DNA from: a virus
Lineage: Duplodnaviria; Caudoviricetes
Direction: 5' to 3' (one strand)
Length of the DNA stretch: 64,000 nt
Virus record (IMG/VR): IMGVR_UViG_3300028532_000002
Location: 1 to 64,000 of that record
Within the stretch, counting starts at the first letter, position 1, and every line of letters begins with the position of its first letter. A program made the translations under genes and the position numbers. Positions 37,010 to 45,665 of the stretch are shown in pieces. The notes beneath the pieces were generated by a model that was not told where the DNA came from, ran no database searches, and worked only from the letters and a program-made list of their open reading frames with translations.

Positions 37010-37480
37010 TCAGGACAGGGGCGGCAGCGGGGTGACGGTCTCCACCGGCCCCGGCGGGCCGGGCGGCCCGGGTGGGCCCTGCGGACCTTCGGGACCCTGA
37101 GGTCCGGCAGGCCCCGGGACACCGGGGGCGCCGGACGGACCGGCCGGGCCCGGGGCGCCATCGGCCCCGCTCTCCCCGTCGGCGCCGTCGCCTCCGGGGG
37201 GTCCGCTCGAACCGTCGTCGCCGTCCCTCCCGGAAGGTCCGGGGCGGCCGGGCGGGCCGGACGGGCCCGGCACAGGAATCGGGGTGGAGGTCGGCGGCGG
37301 CACCGGCGTTCCGCCGAGCTGCTCCACCTGCTGGGACAGCTCCTCGCGGTGCTGCTCGGCGTCGGACAGGCGCTGGGCCTGCTGCACGGCCGCGCCGATC
37401 AGGGCCGCCAGCACCCCGTAGAGGACGAGGAGAGCCAGGACGTACAGGATGCCGGCCGCACGTACTCGTCTCCGGGTCAT
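37010..37480 (-). CDS. Membrane-anchored collagen-like (Gly-X-Y) protein
   Basis: N-terminal TM, about 20 GXY triplets; within lysis cassette. Confidence 0.85.
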   Translation of the reverse strand: MTRRRVRAAGILYVLALLVLYGVLAALIGAAVQQAQRLSDAEQHREELSQQVEQLGGTPVPPPTSTPIPVPGPSGPPGRPGPSGRDGDDGSSGPPGGDGADGESGADGAPGPAGPSGAPGVPGPAGPQGPEGPQGPPGPPGPPGPVETVTPLPPLS

Positions 37481-37764
37481 CCCATCCCCCTCAGAAAGAG
37501 GGCAACCGCGATGCCCACGAAGATCGGTCCGATGAAGGAGGTGATCGCGGTGAGAAGGGCAGTCCGCGTCTGGGTCCGCTGCTCGGTGAGCTGGGCCTCC
37601 AGCCGGGCGATGCGGTCCAGATCAGCTTTCCGCTGCGCTTCGTACACCTCTTTCAAGACGTACATCGACAACCGCTGATCGAGCTGTCCGATGTCCCCGG
37701 ACAGCTCTCGGTAGCCCGACTCGATCGCCCTCTTGAGCTCCCACATGGTGGGTTCGTCAGCCAC
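37477..37764 (-). CDS. Coiled-coil protein with C-terminal TM (lysis-cassette accessory)
   Basis: GTG with GGAGG RBS; C-terminal hydrophobic helix. Confidence 0.7.
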   Translation of the reverse strand: MADEPTMWELKRAIESGYRELSGDIGQLDQRLSMYVLKEVYEAQRKADLDRIARLEAQLTEQRTQTRTALLTAITSFIGPIFVGIAVALFLRGMG

Positions 37765-37870
37765 CGGCCACCTCCCACCCCGACAGGGGGGTGCTCGTGG
37801 CACTCGACGGTCTCTGTGGTGTCACACCCACTCCCCCCGAAATCGGTGGTGACTCACCCAGTATGCCGCA

Positions 37871-37900
37871 AAGGTATCGACACACCGTTTTCGATACCTT
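37871..37900. promoter_or_regulatory. Perfect 10-bp inverted repeat upstream of lysis cassette
   Basis: AAGGTATCGA-N10-TCGATACCTT in divergent intergenic region. Confidence 0.55.
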
Positions 37901-38028
37901 CGGGGTATGCTCCTGGAGAGAGATGAGAGGGCACGAGAGATCGTGTCTGCTCAGGGGGGTGCGAGGGCCTTGGCTTGGGGGAGCCAAGGCCCTCACCTTT
38001 TGTCCGGCCCGGCCCGTAGCCTCAGATC

Positions 38029-38526
38029 ATGGACATCTCCCTCTCCCCCCTCGACGTCGGCGACCTCTCCGGCGTTGCTGCTCTGCTTGTCGCGATCGTC
38101 GCTGGCGTCATCGCTGGCCTGGCCAAACGGGAAGCGCGCCGCGCCGCCGACGCGGCCGAGGACTCCGCAACGTCCTCGAAGAGGTCAGCGGACGCGGCCG
38201 AGGAGCAGACGAACCTCGCGCGCGCCCAGGACGACCGCTACGACCCGATGTGGGAACTGAGCATGCTGCCCGCAGAGGGCCTCGGCGCCATGAGGCTGGC
38301 GGTGACCAACCGAACGGGAGAGACCGCCTACGGAGCGACGGTCTCAGGCGAGGGGGTCGGCAGCAGCTCCCCTGCCGATGTTCTCGATGGCTCGCCCGTG
38401 GAGTTCGACTTCAAGCCGCCCCGGGGTCGCCTCGAAGGTTGTGAGGTGGAAGTTCGGTGGCGGCGACCGGAGTACCGCGGATCGACGGAACAGGTGTGGC
38501 TCGGGGGTCTCTCCTCATTGCTGTAG
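38029..38526 (+). CDS. Moron-like membrane protein (N-terminal TM + coiled coil)
   Basis: Stand-alone gene followed by its own terminator. Confidence 0.7.
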   Translation: MDISLSPLDVGDLSGVAALLVAIVAGVIAGLAKREARRAADAAEDSATSSKRSADAAEEQTNLARAQDDRYDPMWELSMLPAEGLGAMRLAVTNRTGETAYGATVSGEGVGSSSPADVLDGSPVEFDFKPPRGRLEGCEVEVRWRRPEYRGSTEQVWLGGLSSLL

Positions 38527-38533
38527 GGACAAC

Positions 38534-38567
38534 ACGAAGGCCCGCACCACACGGTGCGGGCCTTCGT
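38534..38567. terminator. Probable bidirectional terminator
   Basis: 15-bp perfect stem ACGAAGGCCCGCACC/GGTGCGGGCCTTCGT between convergent genes. Confidence 0.85.
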
Positions 38568-38578
38568 TGTTTCCAGGG

Positions 38579-38851
38579 TCAGCGGAGGTCCCAGGGCGGC
38601 GCCCCGGCGCCCTTGACCTCCACGTAGTCGTCACCGGCCGCGAAGGACACGGGGATGGCCCGCCCCTCCCCTTCGTCGGTGCGCAGGGTGACCATGTTGC
38701 GGCGGAACACGACCGCGAGGTCCTCCTCGTCCAGGTGGAGTTGGCCGCCCCACTCCTTCAGGGGGCCGCCGGCGCTCGTGGCAAGGACGGCGTGGGCGGA
38801 GGCTGAGCCCCCGTCGTGCACGACCTCGACCGGGCCTTCGTAGCTGCTCAT
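38579..38851 (-). CDS. Hypothetical protein
   Basis: MSSYEGPVEVV...; RBS AGGAG. Confidence 0.6.
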   Translation of the reverse strand: MSSYEGPVEVVHDGGSASAHAVLATSAGGPLKEWGGQLHLDEEDLAVVFRRNMVTLRTDEGEGRAIPVSFAAGDDYVEVKGAGAPPWDLR

Positions 38852-39195
38852 GTCTTCTCCTGTGTGGTCTTGCGGGGCCGGTTCGTGCGCTGGAGGCCGT
38901 AGGCCATCCCGCACGCTCCGAACAGGGACACCAGCGAGACCACGACCGCAGGGGCGATCCACCACCCACCCATGACGGCCATCCACGCGCCCAGGGCGCC
39001 GAAGATCCCCATCAGGCCTGCGCCCAGGGTGATGATGGTCGGGTCCCGGGACGGTTCGGCCGCGGGCGCCTCGTTGCTCGGCCGGTCGTCGATTTGGGCG
39101 TGGGTGACCTCGATGCCGGCGTCGTGCAGTGCGTCGACGGCCCGTCGGCGGGTGTTCTCGTCGGCGTTGGCGACCGCCAGTCGCAGGGTGCTCAT
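38848..39195 (-). CDS. Membrane protein (2 TM)
   Basis: ATGA overlaps; hydrophobic C-terminal half. Confidence 0.6.
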   Translation of the reverse strand: MSTLRLAVANADENTRRRAVDALHDAGIEVTHAQIDDRPSNEAPAAEPSRDPTIITLGAGLMGIFGALGAWMAVMGGWWIAPAVVVSLVSLFGACGMAYGLQRTNRPRKTTQEKT

Positions 39196-39542
39196 GACTC
39201 CTCCTGCTGAGCCCGGGCGAGTTGGGCGCGCAGGTCGGCGACCTCGCGGGCCCACTCCACGACAGTGTGCTCCTTCAGGTGCGCCTCCAGGACACGCTCG
39301 GTGGTCGCCGCGGTTCGCCGGTGCACGTCTGCGGCCAGCTGCGCCAGGGGCACGCTTCCGAACCCCGGTACGACGGAGAGGTCCGCGGGCAGGGGCTCCT
39401 CGGTGTGCAACCAGGTGCAGGCCGAGATCGGGCAGTGCCTGACCACGGTCGGACCGGTGAGGACGCCGCCGCGCCGGAACGCCTCCACGTTGCCGGCCTC
39501 CTGCGCCTCGCGTCTGCCGGCCTTCGGGGCGCAAGCGTTCAC
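39192..39542 (-). CDS. Hypothetical protein
   Basis: 116-aa ORF, GTGA overlap. Confidence 0.6.
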   Translation of the reverse strand: MNACAPKAGRREAQEAGNVEAFRRGGVLTGPTVVRHCPISACTWLHTEEPLPADLSVVPGFGSVPLAQLAADVHRRTAATTERVLEAHLKEHTVVEWAREVADLRAQLARAQQEES

Positions 39543-40126
39543 TGCTGGACCCAGGCGTCGACCTTGCCGTACTCGCGCAGGTCGTCGATCAGATCCGCAG
39601 CGCCCTCGACTCCGGCTGCGGCCTGGCCCTCCAGGAAGGGGATCAGGTCCTTGTCGAGGGTGAGTATCGAGCCGACGACGCCGTCCGGCGCGATGCGCTG
39701 GATGAGGGTGTGGAGGAGTTGCTGCGGGATGGTGACCCGAACGCTCCGAGCTCCTGCTGTGTCCTCGATGTCGAGGACCCGCAGGAGGTCGCGGGCCGCA
39801 GTGATGGCCAAGTCCGCGCGGGCGTTGTCGCGGAAGCCGCCCCCCGTGTACTGCTCGGTGAGGAGTTCGACGACCTCCCAGGGATCGACCTGCGGGGCGC
39901 CCTCGGAGAGGGGGTGCCCGTAGATCTCGACGCGCTCCTGGAGGACGTTGGTCAGGGTGATCTTTTTGGCGCCCGCGGGCAGGGCCTCGGTCTCCGCTTC
40001 AGCGCGGGCGAGGGCGGGGGTCCAGATCTTGTCGGTGATGCGGACGTTGCGCTTGGGGGTGGGCCCGTCGGGGCTGGGTGTGCGAGGCATGCGGCCAGTC
40101 TCGCATGTGGGGGTACGGCTCGTCAT
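39539..40126 (-). CDS. Putative DNA-binding regulator with N-terminal ribbon-helix-helix-like segment
   Basis: TPKRNVRITDKIWTPALARAEAE resembles Arc/RHH strand-helix; start 40126 or 40090; divergent from cassette 3. Confidence 0.55.
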   Translation of the reverse strand: MTSRTPTCETGRMPRTPSPDGPTPKRNVRITDKIWTPALARAEAETEALPAGAKKITLTNVLQERVEIYGHPLSEGAPQVDPWEVVELLTEQYTGGGFRDNARADLAITAARDLLRVLDIEDTAGARSVRVTIPQQLLHTLIQRIAPDGVVGSILTLDKDLIPFLEGQAAAGVEGAADLIDDLREYGKVDAWVQQ

Positions 40127-40165
40127 TTTTGTCCCTCCATGTGCTGTGTCTGTCCCTACGGGGGA

Positions 40166-40204
40166 TTGAACCTGTCCCCCCATCTGACTATACTGGGGGG
40201 ACAG
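40166..40204 (+). promoter_or_regulatory. Promoter/operator cassette copy 3 (TTGAAC-17-TATACT)
   Basis: TTGAAC CTGTCCCCCC atctgac TATACT GGGGGGACAG; upstream box degenerate (CTGTCCCTAC at 40150). Confidence 0.8.
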
Positions 40205-40228
40205 AAACAGTCAAGGGGAGGAACCACC

Positions 40229-40561
40229 ATGGGGATCCAGTTCTGCGCCGCCGCCGACCGTCCGGCCGCCCCCGTGGTGGACGTGAACGCCTTCCACGGG
40301 TCGCGCCTGCTGCGCCTCCTGGGCCTGCCCGTCGAGCCGGTCGGCGACGTTCCGGCCGCCGAGCTGCGCGAGCGCGCCACGCTCGCCATCGCCATGTGCG
40401 AGGCGGGCGAGGCGCACGCCGACGGCGAGGCCGGGGCCGCCCTGGAGTCGGCCGCGCGCGGCGCGGACCCCTCGCACCTGCGCATGCGCCTCGTGGAGCT
40501 GCTCGGCGTCGCCGAGTGGGTCCGCGAGCACCGCCCCGGCGGCCCCGTCACCTGGGGCTGA
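40229..40561 (+). CDS. Hypothetical protein
   Basis: ATG with GGAGG RBS immediately after cassette 3. Confidence 0.7.
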   Translation: MGIQFCAAADRPAAPVVDVNAFHGSRLLRLLGLPVEPVGDVPAAELRERATLAIAMCEAGEAHADGEAGAALESAARGADPSHLRMRLVELLGVAEWVREHRPGGPVTWG

Positions 40562-40625
40562 CCCCTCCCCCACCACACACCCCACCGGGGCGGCCCCACC
40601 GGGCCGCCCCAGGAAGGACACTCCC

Positions 40626-41159
40626 ATGCACGACATCTCCGACCGCCTGCTGAACCGCCTGGTCGAGGCCGTCAAGGAGGCCGAGCGCACCGGCGTCTAC
40701 GCCCACCTGCCCGCGAAGACCCCGGCCGCGTCCCGTGAGGCGCTCCTGCGCCGCGAGCTCGTCTACCGCAACCACGTCGAAGGGCGGTGGGAGCTGTCGC
40801 TGGAGGCCGTCGGCATGGCAGAGGAGGAGATCGAGCGCCGCGCCCACGACGCGGCCGAGGAGGCTGCCCGGCCCGCCCTCCAGGCCGCCGCCGACCGGGT
40901 GTTCCTCGCCCAGTGGGCGGGCCTGCCCGGGGAAGAGGAGTTCCGCGCGGTCGCCCCCGCGCGGGGCGTGCGCACCCACGAGGCCCGGTGTGCCGACAGG
41001 GCTCTGCGGCCGACGTGCGCCGAGCCGGGCCGGAGCCTGCGGACGAACTTCCTCCCCACCGACGCCGACATCACCTGCCCCAAGTGCCGCAAGCGACGGG
41101 CGCTACGCGCCGAGAGCCGCGCCGAGCTGGCCGCCGCCCGCGCCCGGCTCGCCGTCTGA
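40626..41159 (+). CDS. Hypothetical protein with CxxC
   Basis: Hairpin + GAAGGA RBS; ITCPKC. Confidence 0.65.
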   Translation: MHDISDRLLNRLVEAVKEAERTGVYAHLPAKTPAASREALLRRELVYRNHVEGRWELSLEAVGMAEEEIERRAHDAAEEAARPALQAAADRVFLAQWAGLPGEEEFRAVAPARGVRTHEARCADRALRPTCAEPGRSLRTNFLPTDADITCPKCRKRRALRAESRAELAAARARLAV

Positions 41160-41212
41160 CCCCACGAACCGTCGGGGCGGCCGACCGGCCGCCCCGCAGA
41201 AAGGACACCGCC

Positions 41213-41764
41213 ATGACCAGCACCCCCTCCTGGACCCCGCCCCGCGCCATGGTCGACCTGCTGGAAGAGGCCACCCGATTCGGCCGCAACTCCTCGGTGA
41301 CCCACGCCACCGATTCCGGCGGCGCACCCTTCGTGACCGTGCGTCTGTCGTGGCAGCGCGAGCGCCAGGACTACCCGGTCGAAATCCGCGCGACGTGGCA
41401 CACCCGCACCACGGGCACGTACCGACTGAAGTCCGCCATCGCCCGGTGGCCGGGGCAGGACTGGGTGGACGTGAGCCTCACCCGCGCACAGGCGCTCGTG
41501 GCCGACGGCCAGGAGCTTCAGCCCGCCCCCGAGGAGGCCCCCGACCCGGCGCAGGAGTGGGCGCGGGTGTGGGGTAACCCCTACCTGGCCGGGGACGTAG
41601 GGGGGCGACTGACGTGCGAGGAGACGGAGGTGGTCGCCGACCTCCTCGCGACCCTGGGAATGCCGGACCGGGGGTTGGCGTGGCTGGTGGAGCACGCCCA
41701 GGATGATGACGAGGGCGACAGTCACTGGGACCTGCGCCAGCAGTACCCGCTTGGGTGGATCTAA
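41213..41764 (+). CDS. Hypothetical protein
   Basis: Hairpin + GAAAGGA RBS; ends 1 bp before cassette 4. Confidence 0.65.
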   Translation: MTSTPSWTPPRAMVDLLEEATRFGRNSSVTHATDSGGAPFVTVRLSWQRERQDYPVEIRATWHTRTTGTYRLKSAIARWPGQDWVDVSLTRAQALVADGQELQPAPEEAPDPAQEWARVWGNPYLAGDVGGRLTCEETEVVADLLATLGMPDRGLAWLVEHAQDDDEGDSHWDLRQQYPLGWI

Positions 41765-41765
41765 C

Positions 41766-41821
41766 CTGTCCCCCCATTTGAGTTGCAACTGTCCCCCCAT
41801 TTGTATATAGTGGGGGGACAG
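41766..41821 (+). promoter_or_regulatory. Promoter/operator cassette copy 4 (TTGCAA-17-TATAGT)
   Basis: CTGTCCCCCC atttgag TTGCAA CTGTCCCCCC atttgta TATAGT GGGGGGACAG. Confidence 0.85.
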
Positions 41822-41856
41822 CAAGCGGGGGAGCCCGCCGAGACCGGGGAGACACC

Positions 41857-42183
41857 ATGGCCGAGAAGTACGAGTTCAGCGGGCGCACCATGACCGTCCA
41901 CGAGTACCGCGCCCTGGACACCCGCCGCCCCTACGCGGTCGTCGACATCGACGGCGTCCCCGTCTGGCTCACCCTGGACGCGCACGGCCTGCTCTCCACC
42001 TCCGTCCGCCACCCCGAGGGCATCAACGCCGGGGCCGACGTCCTGTGGGACCTGCGCGGCTCGGGCCTGGTCGACCTGGTCTGCCGGGGCACCTCGGCCG
42101 AGGCCGACGACACCGAGTCCTGGCTGGGCCCCGTCCCCGTCCGGCTGCGCCCGTTCACGTCCCGCGCCACCACCTGCCCGTAG
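41857..42183 (+). CDS. Hypothetical protein
   Basis: First ORF after cassette 4; GGAG RBS. Confidence 0.65.
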   Translation: MAEKYEFSGRTMTVHEYRALDTRRPYAVVDIDGVPVWLTLDAHGLLSTSVRHPEGINAGADVLWDLRGSGLVDLVCRGTSAEADDTESWLGPVPVRLRPFTSRATTCP

Positions 42184-42238
42184 CCGCCCCGCCCGCCCCC
42201 TCTCCGGGGGCGGGCCCCACCCCCACCGGGAGCACCCC

Positions 42239-42739
42239 ATGGCCACCGCCGTCCGCGCCACCCGCGCCGCCACCAGCCCCGTCGTCGGCCACTACGTCAC
42301 CGTCACGGTCACCGACACCGACTGGGACACCGGGCAGGCCAGCGGGACCCGCACCCTCTACCGCGCCTACCTCGCGGACGGCACCCCGGCGGGGTCCCCG
42401 ATCAGCTGGGGGAACGGACTCGCCCCCGACACGAACGCCTACCCGACCGAGGCCAAGGCGCGCGCCGGGATCCGCCGCGCCCACCGCCACCTCACCGAGA
42501 TCCGCGCCGAGCTCGACACCCTCCGCGCCGAGGCCGCCGCCCGCGCCGAGGCCGTCATCTCCGTCGCCCCGGTGGCCGACGAGTCCGGCCGCGAGGTCGG
42601 CACCGTCCGCGAGCGCCGCGACGGCCGCTACCTGGCCGCCCTGCCCGCCGCCGACGGGAGCGGCTACCTGCCCGTCCAGGTGTGCGACACCCACACCGAC
42701 GCCGAGGCCGCCGTCCACGCCCACCTGAACGGGAGCTGA
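42239..42739 (+). CDS. Hypothetical protein
   Basis: Hairpin + GGGAG RBS. Confidence 0.65.
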   Translation: MATAVRATRAATSPVVGHYVTVTVTDTDWDTGQASGTRTLYRAYLADGTPAGSPISWGNGLAPDTNAYPTEAKARAGIRRAHRHLTEIRAELDTLRAEAAARAEAVISVAPVADESGREVGTVRERRDGRYLAALPAADGSGYLPVQVCDTHTDAEAAVHAHLNGS

Positions 42740-42741
42740 CC

Positions 42742-43122
42742 ATGAACCCCACGACCGCCCGCCGCCTCTCGCGCGGGCTGACCGGCGACGCGCGCGCCAT
42801 CGCCCGCGCGGCCGAGCGCCTCCTGTCGCTCCGGCCGGACCGCCCCACCTCTCCGAGCCCGCACGCGCGCATGGCCGCCGCCCTGTACGCCCTACACGCC
42901 GCTCGCGCCGCCACCGAGGGCCCCGGGCCCACCTGCGAGCAGTGCCGCAAGGGCGTCGACCTCGACACCGGCCGGTGCGCCTGCCCCGGCCGGGCGTGGG
43001 GCCTGCCCGTGGTCGACGTCGTCCCTGACGCGGTCGGACTCCCCCGGTGGGAGGGCCGCCCCGAGCGGGCCCCGGCGCGGCTGGTCGCCGCCGGGTTGCG
43101 CCACGGCTACCACCTGTCCTGA
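42742..43122 (+). CDS. Hypothetical protein with zinc-finger-like motif
   Basis: CEQC...CAC. Confidence 0.55.
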   Translation: MNPTTARRLSRGLTGDARAIARAAERLLSLRPDRPTSPSPHARMAAALYALHAARAATEGPGPTCEQCRKGVDLDTGRCACPGRAWGLPVVDVVPDAVGLPRWEGRPERAPARLVAAGLRHGYHLS

Positions 43123-43167
43123 ACCCGCGGCCGGCGCCCGCCGACCGCCATCTGAGAGGAACTCACC

Positions 43168-43455
43168 ATGCAGCAGCTTCCGATCCGCGTCCGCGCCAGC
43201 GTCGTGCAGGACGCCATCGACGCCCACCCGACCCCGGCGGCCGAGTGCGCGTGGGCCGAGACCCGGTTCGCCGTGGCCTCCAGGCCCTCCAGGAGGGCGG
43301 CCACCCGCGCCCCGCACCGGATGGCCCCGGGGTCGTTCAGCACGCCGCAGGGAATGCGCCACTCGGCGCTGTGCGCGGACTGCCCCTATCGGACGCCGCC
43401 GACGGTGACACCGGAGGCCATGGACGCACTGGTCGAGGCGCACGAGGCCGGATAG
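43168..43455 (+). CDS. Hypothetical protein
   Basis: GAGGA RBS; CADC. Confidence 0.5.
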   Translation: MQQLPIRVRASVVQDAIDAHPTPAAECAWAETRFAVASRPSRRAATRAPHRMAPGSFSTPQGMRHSALCADCPYRTPPTVTPEAMDALVEAHEAG

Positions 43456-43501
43456 TCGGCCTGATCTGCCTTTGACCTGCGGGGATACCCCCACCGCCAA
43501 A

Positions 43502-43557
43502 CTGTCCCCCCATTTATGTTGATACTGTCCCCCCACTGGGTTATAGTGGGGGGACAA
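43502..43557 (+). promoter_or_regulatory. Promoter/operator cassette copy 5 (TTGATA-17-TATAGT)
   Basis: CTGTCCCCCC atttatg TTGATA CTGTCCCCCC actgggt TATAGT GGGGGGACAA. Confidence 0.85.
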
Positions 43558-43578
43558 GAACGGATGAGGGAGACGGAC

Positions 43579-43965
43579 ATGGCGAGCACCACCAAGAACA
43601 CCGAGACCAACACCCCGCGCTGCGCCCGCTGCGCCCGCGTGCTCACCAGCACCACTTCCATCGCCCGTGGCATCGGCCCCGGCTGCGCGACCATCCTGCG
43701 CCGCGAGGCACGCGCCGAGTACCGCGCCCACCAGATCGAGTCCGCCCGCGAGCTCATCGCTGACGGCGGCATCGCCCACCTGCGCAGCGCGGTCTACCTC
43801 ACCGTCTCCACCGACGGCACCCGCGTCCACCGCACCACCACCACCCACTGCACCTGCGACGCCGGTATCCGCAACGGCCGCTGCTACCACTCCGCAGCGG
43901 TCCGCATCATCACCGCCCTGTCCCTGGCCCGCCCCGCCCGCCCCGCCCACACCCTCGCCGCCTGA
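43579..43965 (+). CDS. DUF6011-like zinc-binding domain fused to SWIM-like zinc finger
   Basis: RCARCARVLT...SIARGIGPGC and CTCDAG...CYH. Confidence 0.7.
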   Translation: MASTTKNTETNTPRCARCARVLTSTTSIARGIGPGCATILRREARAEYRAHQIESARELIADGGIAHLRSAVYLTVSTDGTRVHRTTTTHCTCDAGIRNGRCYHSAAVRIITALSLARPARPAHTLAA

Positions 43966-44019
43966 GCCCGCCCCCGGCGGCCCCGCACACGGGGCCGCCA
44001 CCCCGGATAGGAACCCCCG

Positions 44020-44325
44020 ATGACCGCCACCGCCCGCGAGATCGCCGTCCGCACCGCCACCGAGTTCGCCCGCATGGCCGAGGCATGGGAGGACGCCACC
44101 GACGCCGATGGCGACACCAGCCGCCGCCTGGCGACCCTCCTGCGCACCGGCACCGCGTGGCCGACCGGCCCCCGGTCCGTGGCCGCCACCGTCACCGGGA
44201 CCGACGCCGCCCTGTGGGGCTACACGGCCGGACAGGTCCTCGACGCCGCCGCCGACCTTGACGAGGTGTTCACCACCGGCCAGATCACCGAGACCGCCCC
44301 CGGTTCTTGGCACCTCACCTGGTAA
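44020..44325 (+). CDS. Hypothetical protein
   Basis: Hairpin + AGGA RBS. Confidence 0.6.
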   Translation: MTATAREIAVRTATEFARMAEAWEDATDADGDTSRRLATLLRTGTAWPTGPRSVAATVTGTDAALWGYTAGQVLDAAADLDEVFTTGQITETAPGSWHLTW

Positions 44326-44383
44326 CCGCCCGGGGGGGTCGCGCCCGTCCGCGACCTTCGCCCCCTCCCCGAAGGAGAGTTCG

Positions 44384-44767
44384 ATGCACCCCGCCAACAC
44401 CACCGTGATCATCGTCCGCGCCACCAGAAACAAGCCGTTCGAGGTCGTGCGGCGCAACGGCCGGTTCCGTGTCCGCGACTCGCGCACCGGTCGGATGATG
44501 ACCGGCCAGCTCCCCAAGGCAGACGCCGTACAGATGGCCAACTATCACAACCGGCGCACGCCGGGCCCGTGTGTGGCCGCTGCCGGGGGTCATTCCGTGA
44601 GGCGGTCGCCGTCGGGGCGGTACTGGGAGGTTCTCGACCCTGACGACATTCCGATCAAGGAACTGGCCTCCCCGACCCGTAGGGAGGCACTGGCCAGGGT
44701 CGACGCGATGCTTGCCACGCGAGCCCTGACAGCTATTGAAACCACCGAGGAGATCCACCATGTCTGA
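44384..44767 (+). CDS. Hypothetical basic protein
   Basis: GAAGGAG RBS. Confidence 0.6.
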   Translation: MHPANTTVIIVRATRNKPFEVVRRNGRFRVRDSRTGRMMTGQLPKADAVQMANYHNRRTPGPCVAAAGGHSVRRSPSGRYWEVLDPDDIPIKELASPTRREALARVDAMLATRALTAIETTEEIHHV

Positions 44768-45296
44768 CCGCACCGACCACGTTCTGAGCGCCATCGACCA
44801 CGCCGTTTCCGACTGGGAGGTGGGCCCCGACGCCATGCGGTCGATGCCCGACCTGCCGCCTGCCCCCGAGGTGGACGCGCACGCGCTGGCCACCGACGCG
44901 GCCGTGCGGGCACTGAGCGACGCCCTGGACCGGTCGGGCACCACCCGGGCCGGGCTGATCGAGGCCGGCCACCTCGTGGAGGCCCCGGCTGGCATGGCGG
45001 CAGAGGCCGGGTGGACGGTGCCCGTCGCCGTCACCCGGGCGCTGTGGCTGGACATGGTCGAGTGGCCCGACTCCGAGGCGTGTCCGCAGGACGAGTCCGG
45101 GCGGTGGTGGGATGTGCTGTGGATGAGCGCGTTCGCGGCCCGCCGGAACCGGGCCCGAGGCGGGATGGTGCGCGCGGGACTGTTCCGGGTGCCGCGCGGC
45201 GGGATGGTGGCCGAGAAGGTGACGGTGGAGGTGTCGATCGGGCCGGGCGACGACGGGGGTCCGGCGGTGACGCTGTCGCTTCCGCAGGAGGGGTGA
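44760..45296 (+). CDS. DUF6573-like protein
   Basis: EAGWTVPVAVTRALW.D.VEW...QDESGRWWDVLWM motif. Confidence 0.65.
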   Translation: MSDRTDHVLSAIDHAVSDWEVGPDAMRSMPDLPPAPEVDAHALATDAAVRALSDALDRSGTTRAGLIEAGHLVEAPAGMAAEAGWTVPVAVTRALWLDMVEWPDSEACPQDESGRWWDVLWMSAFAARRNRARGGMVRAGLFRVPRGGMVAEKVTVEVSIGPGDDGGPAVTLSLPQEG

Positions 45297-45310
45297 CCTG
45301 CCATCCAAAT

Positions 45311-45366
45311 CTGTCCCCCCACATGACTTGAAACTGTCCCCCCATCTATATATAGTGGGGGGACAA
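45311..45366 (+). promoter_or_regulatory. Promoter/operator cassette copy 6 (TTGAAA-17-TATAGT)
   Basis: CTGTCCCCCC acatgac TTGAAA CTGTCCCCCC atctata TATAGT GGGGGGACAA. Confidence 0.85.
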
Positions 45367-45396
45367 GAACGGATGAGGGGAAAGGAGGCGGCGCAC

Positions 45397-45582
45397 ATGC
45401 ACCGCGAGGACTACCTCTACCTGGCCCCCGAGGCCGACGACGCCGAGGGCGAGTGCGTGTACGAGACCGGCGGCGACGACACCTGCGACGCCCCCGCGAC
45501 CGACCTGTTCTGCGACGTCCACGACGACGCGATCAGCCCCGAGGACCGCGCCCTCTACGAGCGCCACCACCTCGCCGCATGA
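45397..45582 (+). CDS. Small acidic Cys/His protein
   Basis: AAAGGAGG RBS; C...C...CDVH. Confidence 0.6.
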   Translation: MHREDYLYLAPEADDAEGECVYETGGDDTCDAPATDLFCDVHDDAISPEDRALYERHHLAA

Positions 45583-45665
45583 GAGCGGCCCGGCCGGGGC
45601 TCCACCCCCGGCCGGGCCTACGGACCCCCGACAGCGACCAGCGACCAGCCACCAGGAGAACCACG

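Noticed and set aside
37010-37330. GC-rich periodic sequence as a DNA repeat element
   Set aside because: Explained by Gly-X-Y collagen-like codons in a lysis-cassette gene
842-45366. CTGTCCCCCC repeats as a CRISPR array or stand-alone repeat array
   Set aside because: Copies are dispersed over 45 kb, embedded around -35/-10 hexamers, with no regular spacers and no cas genes
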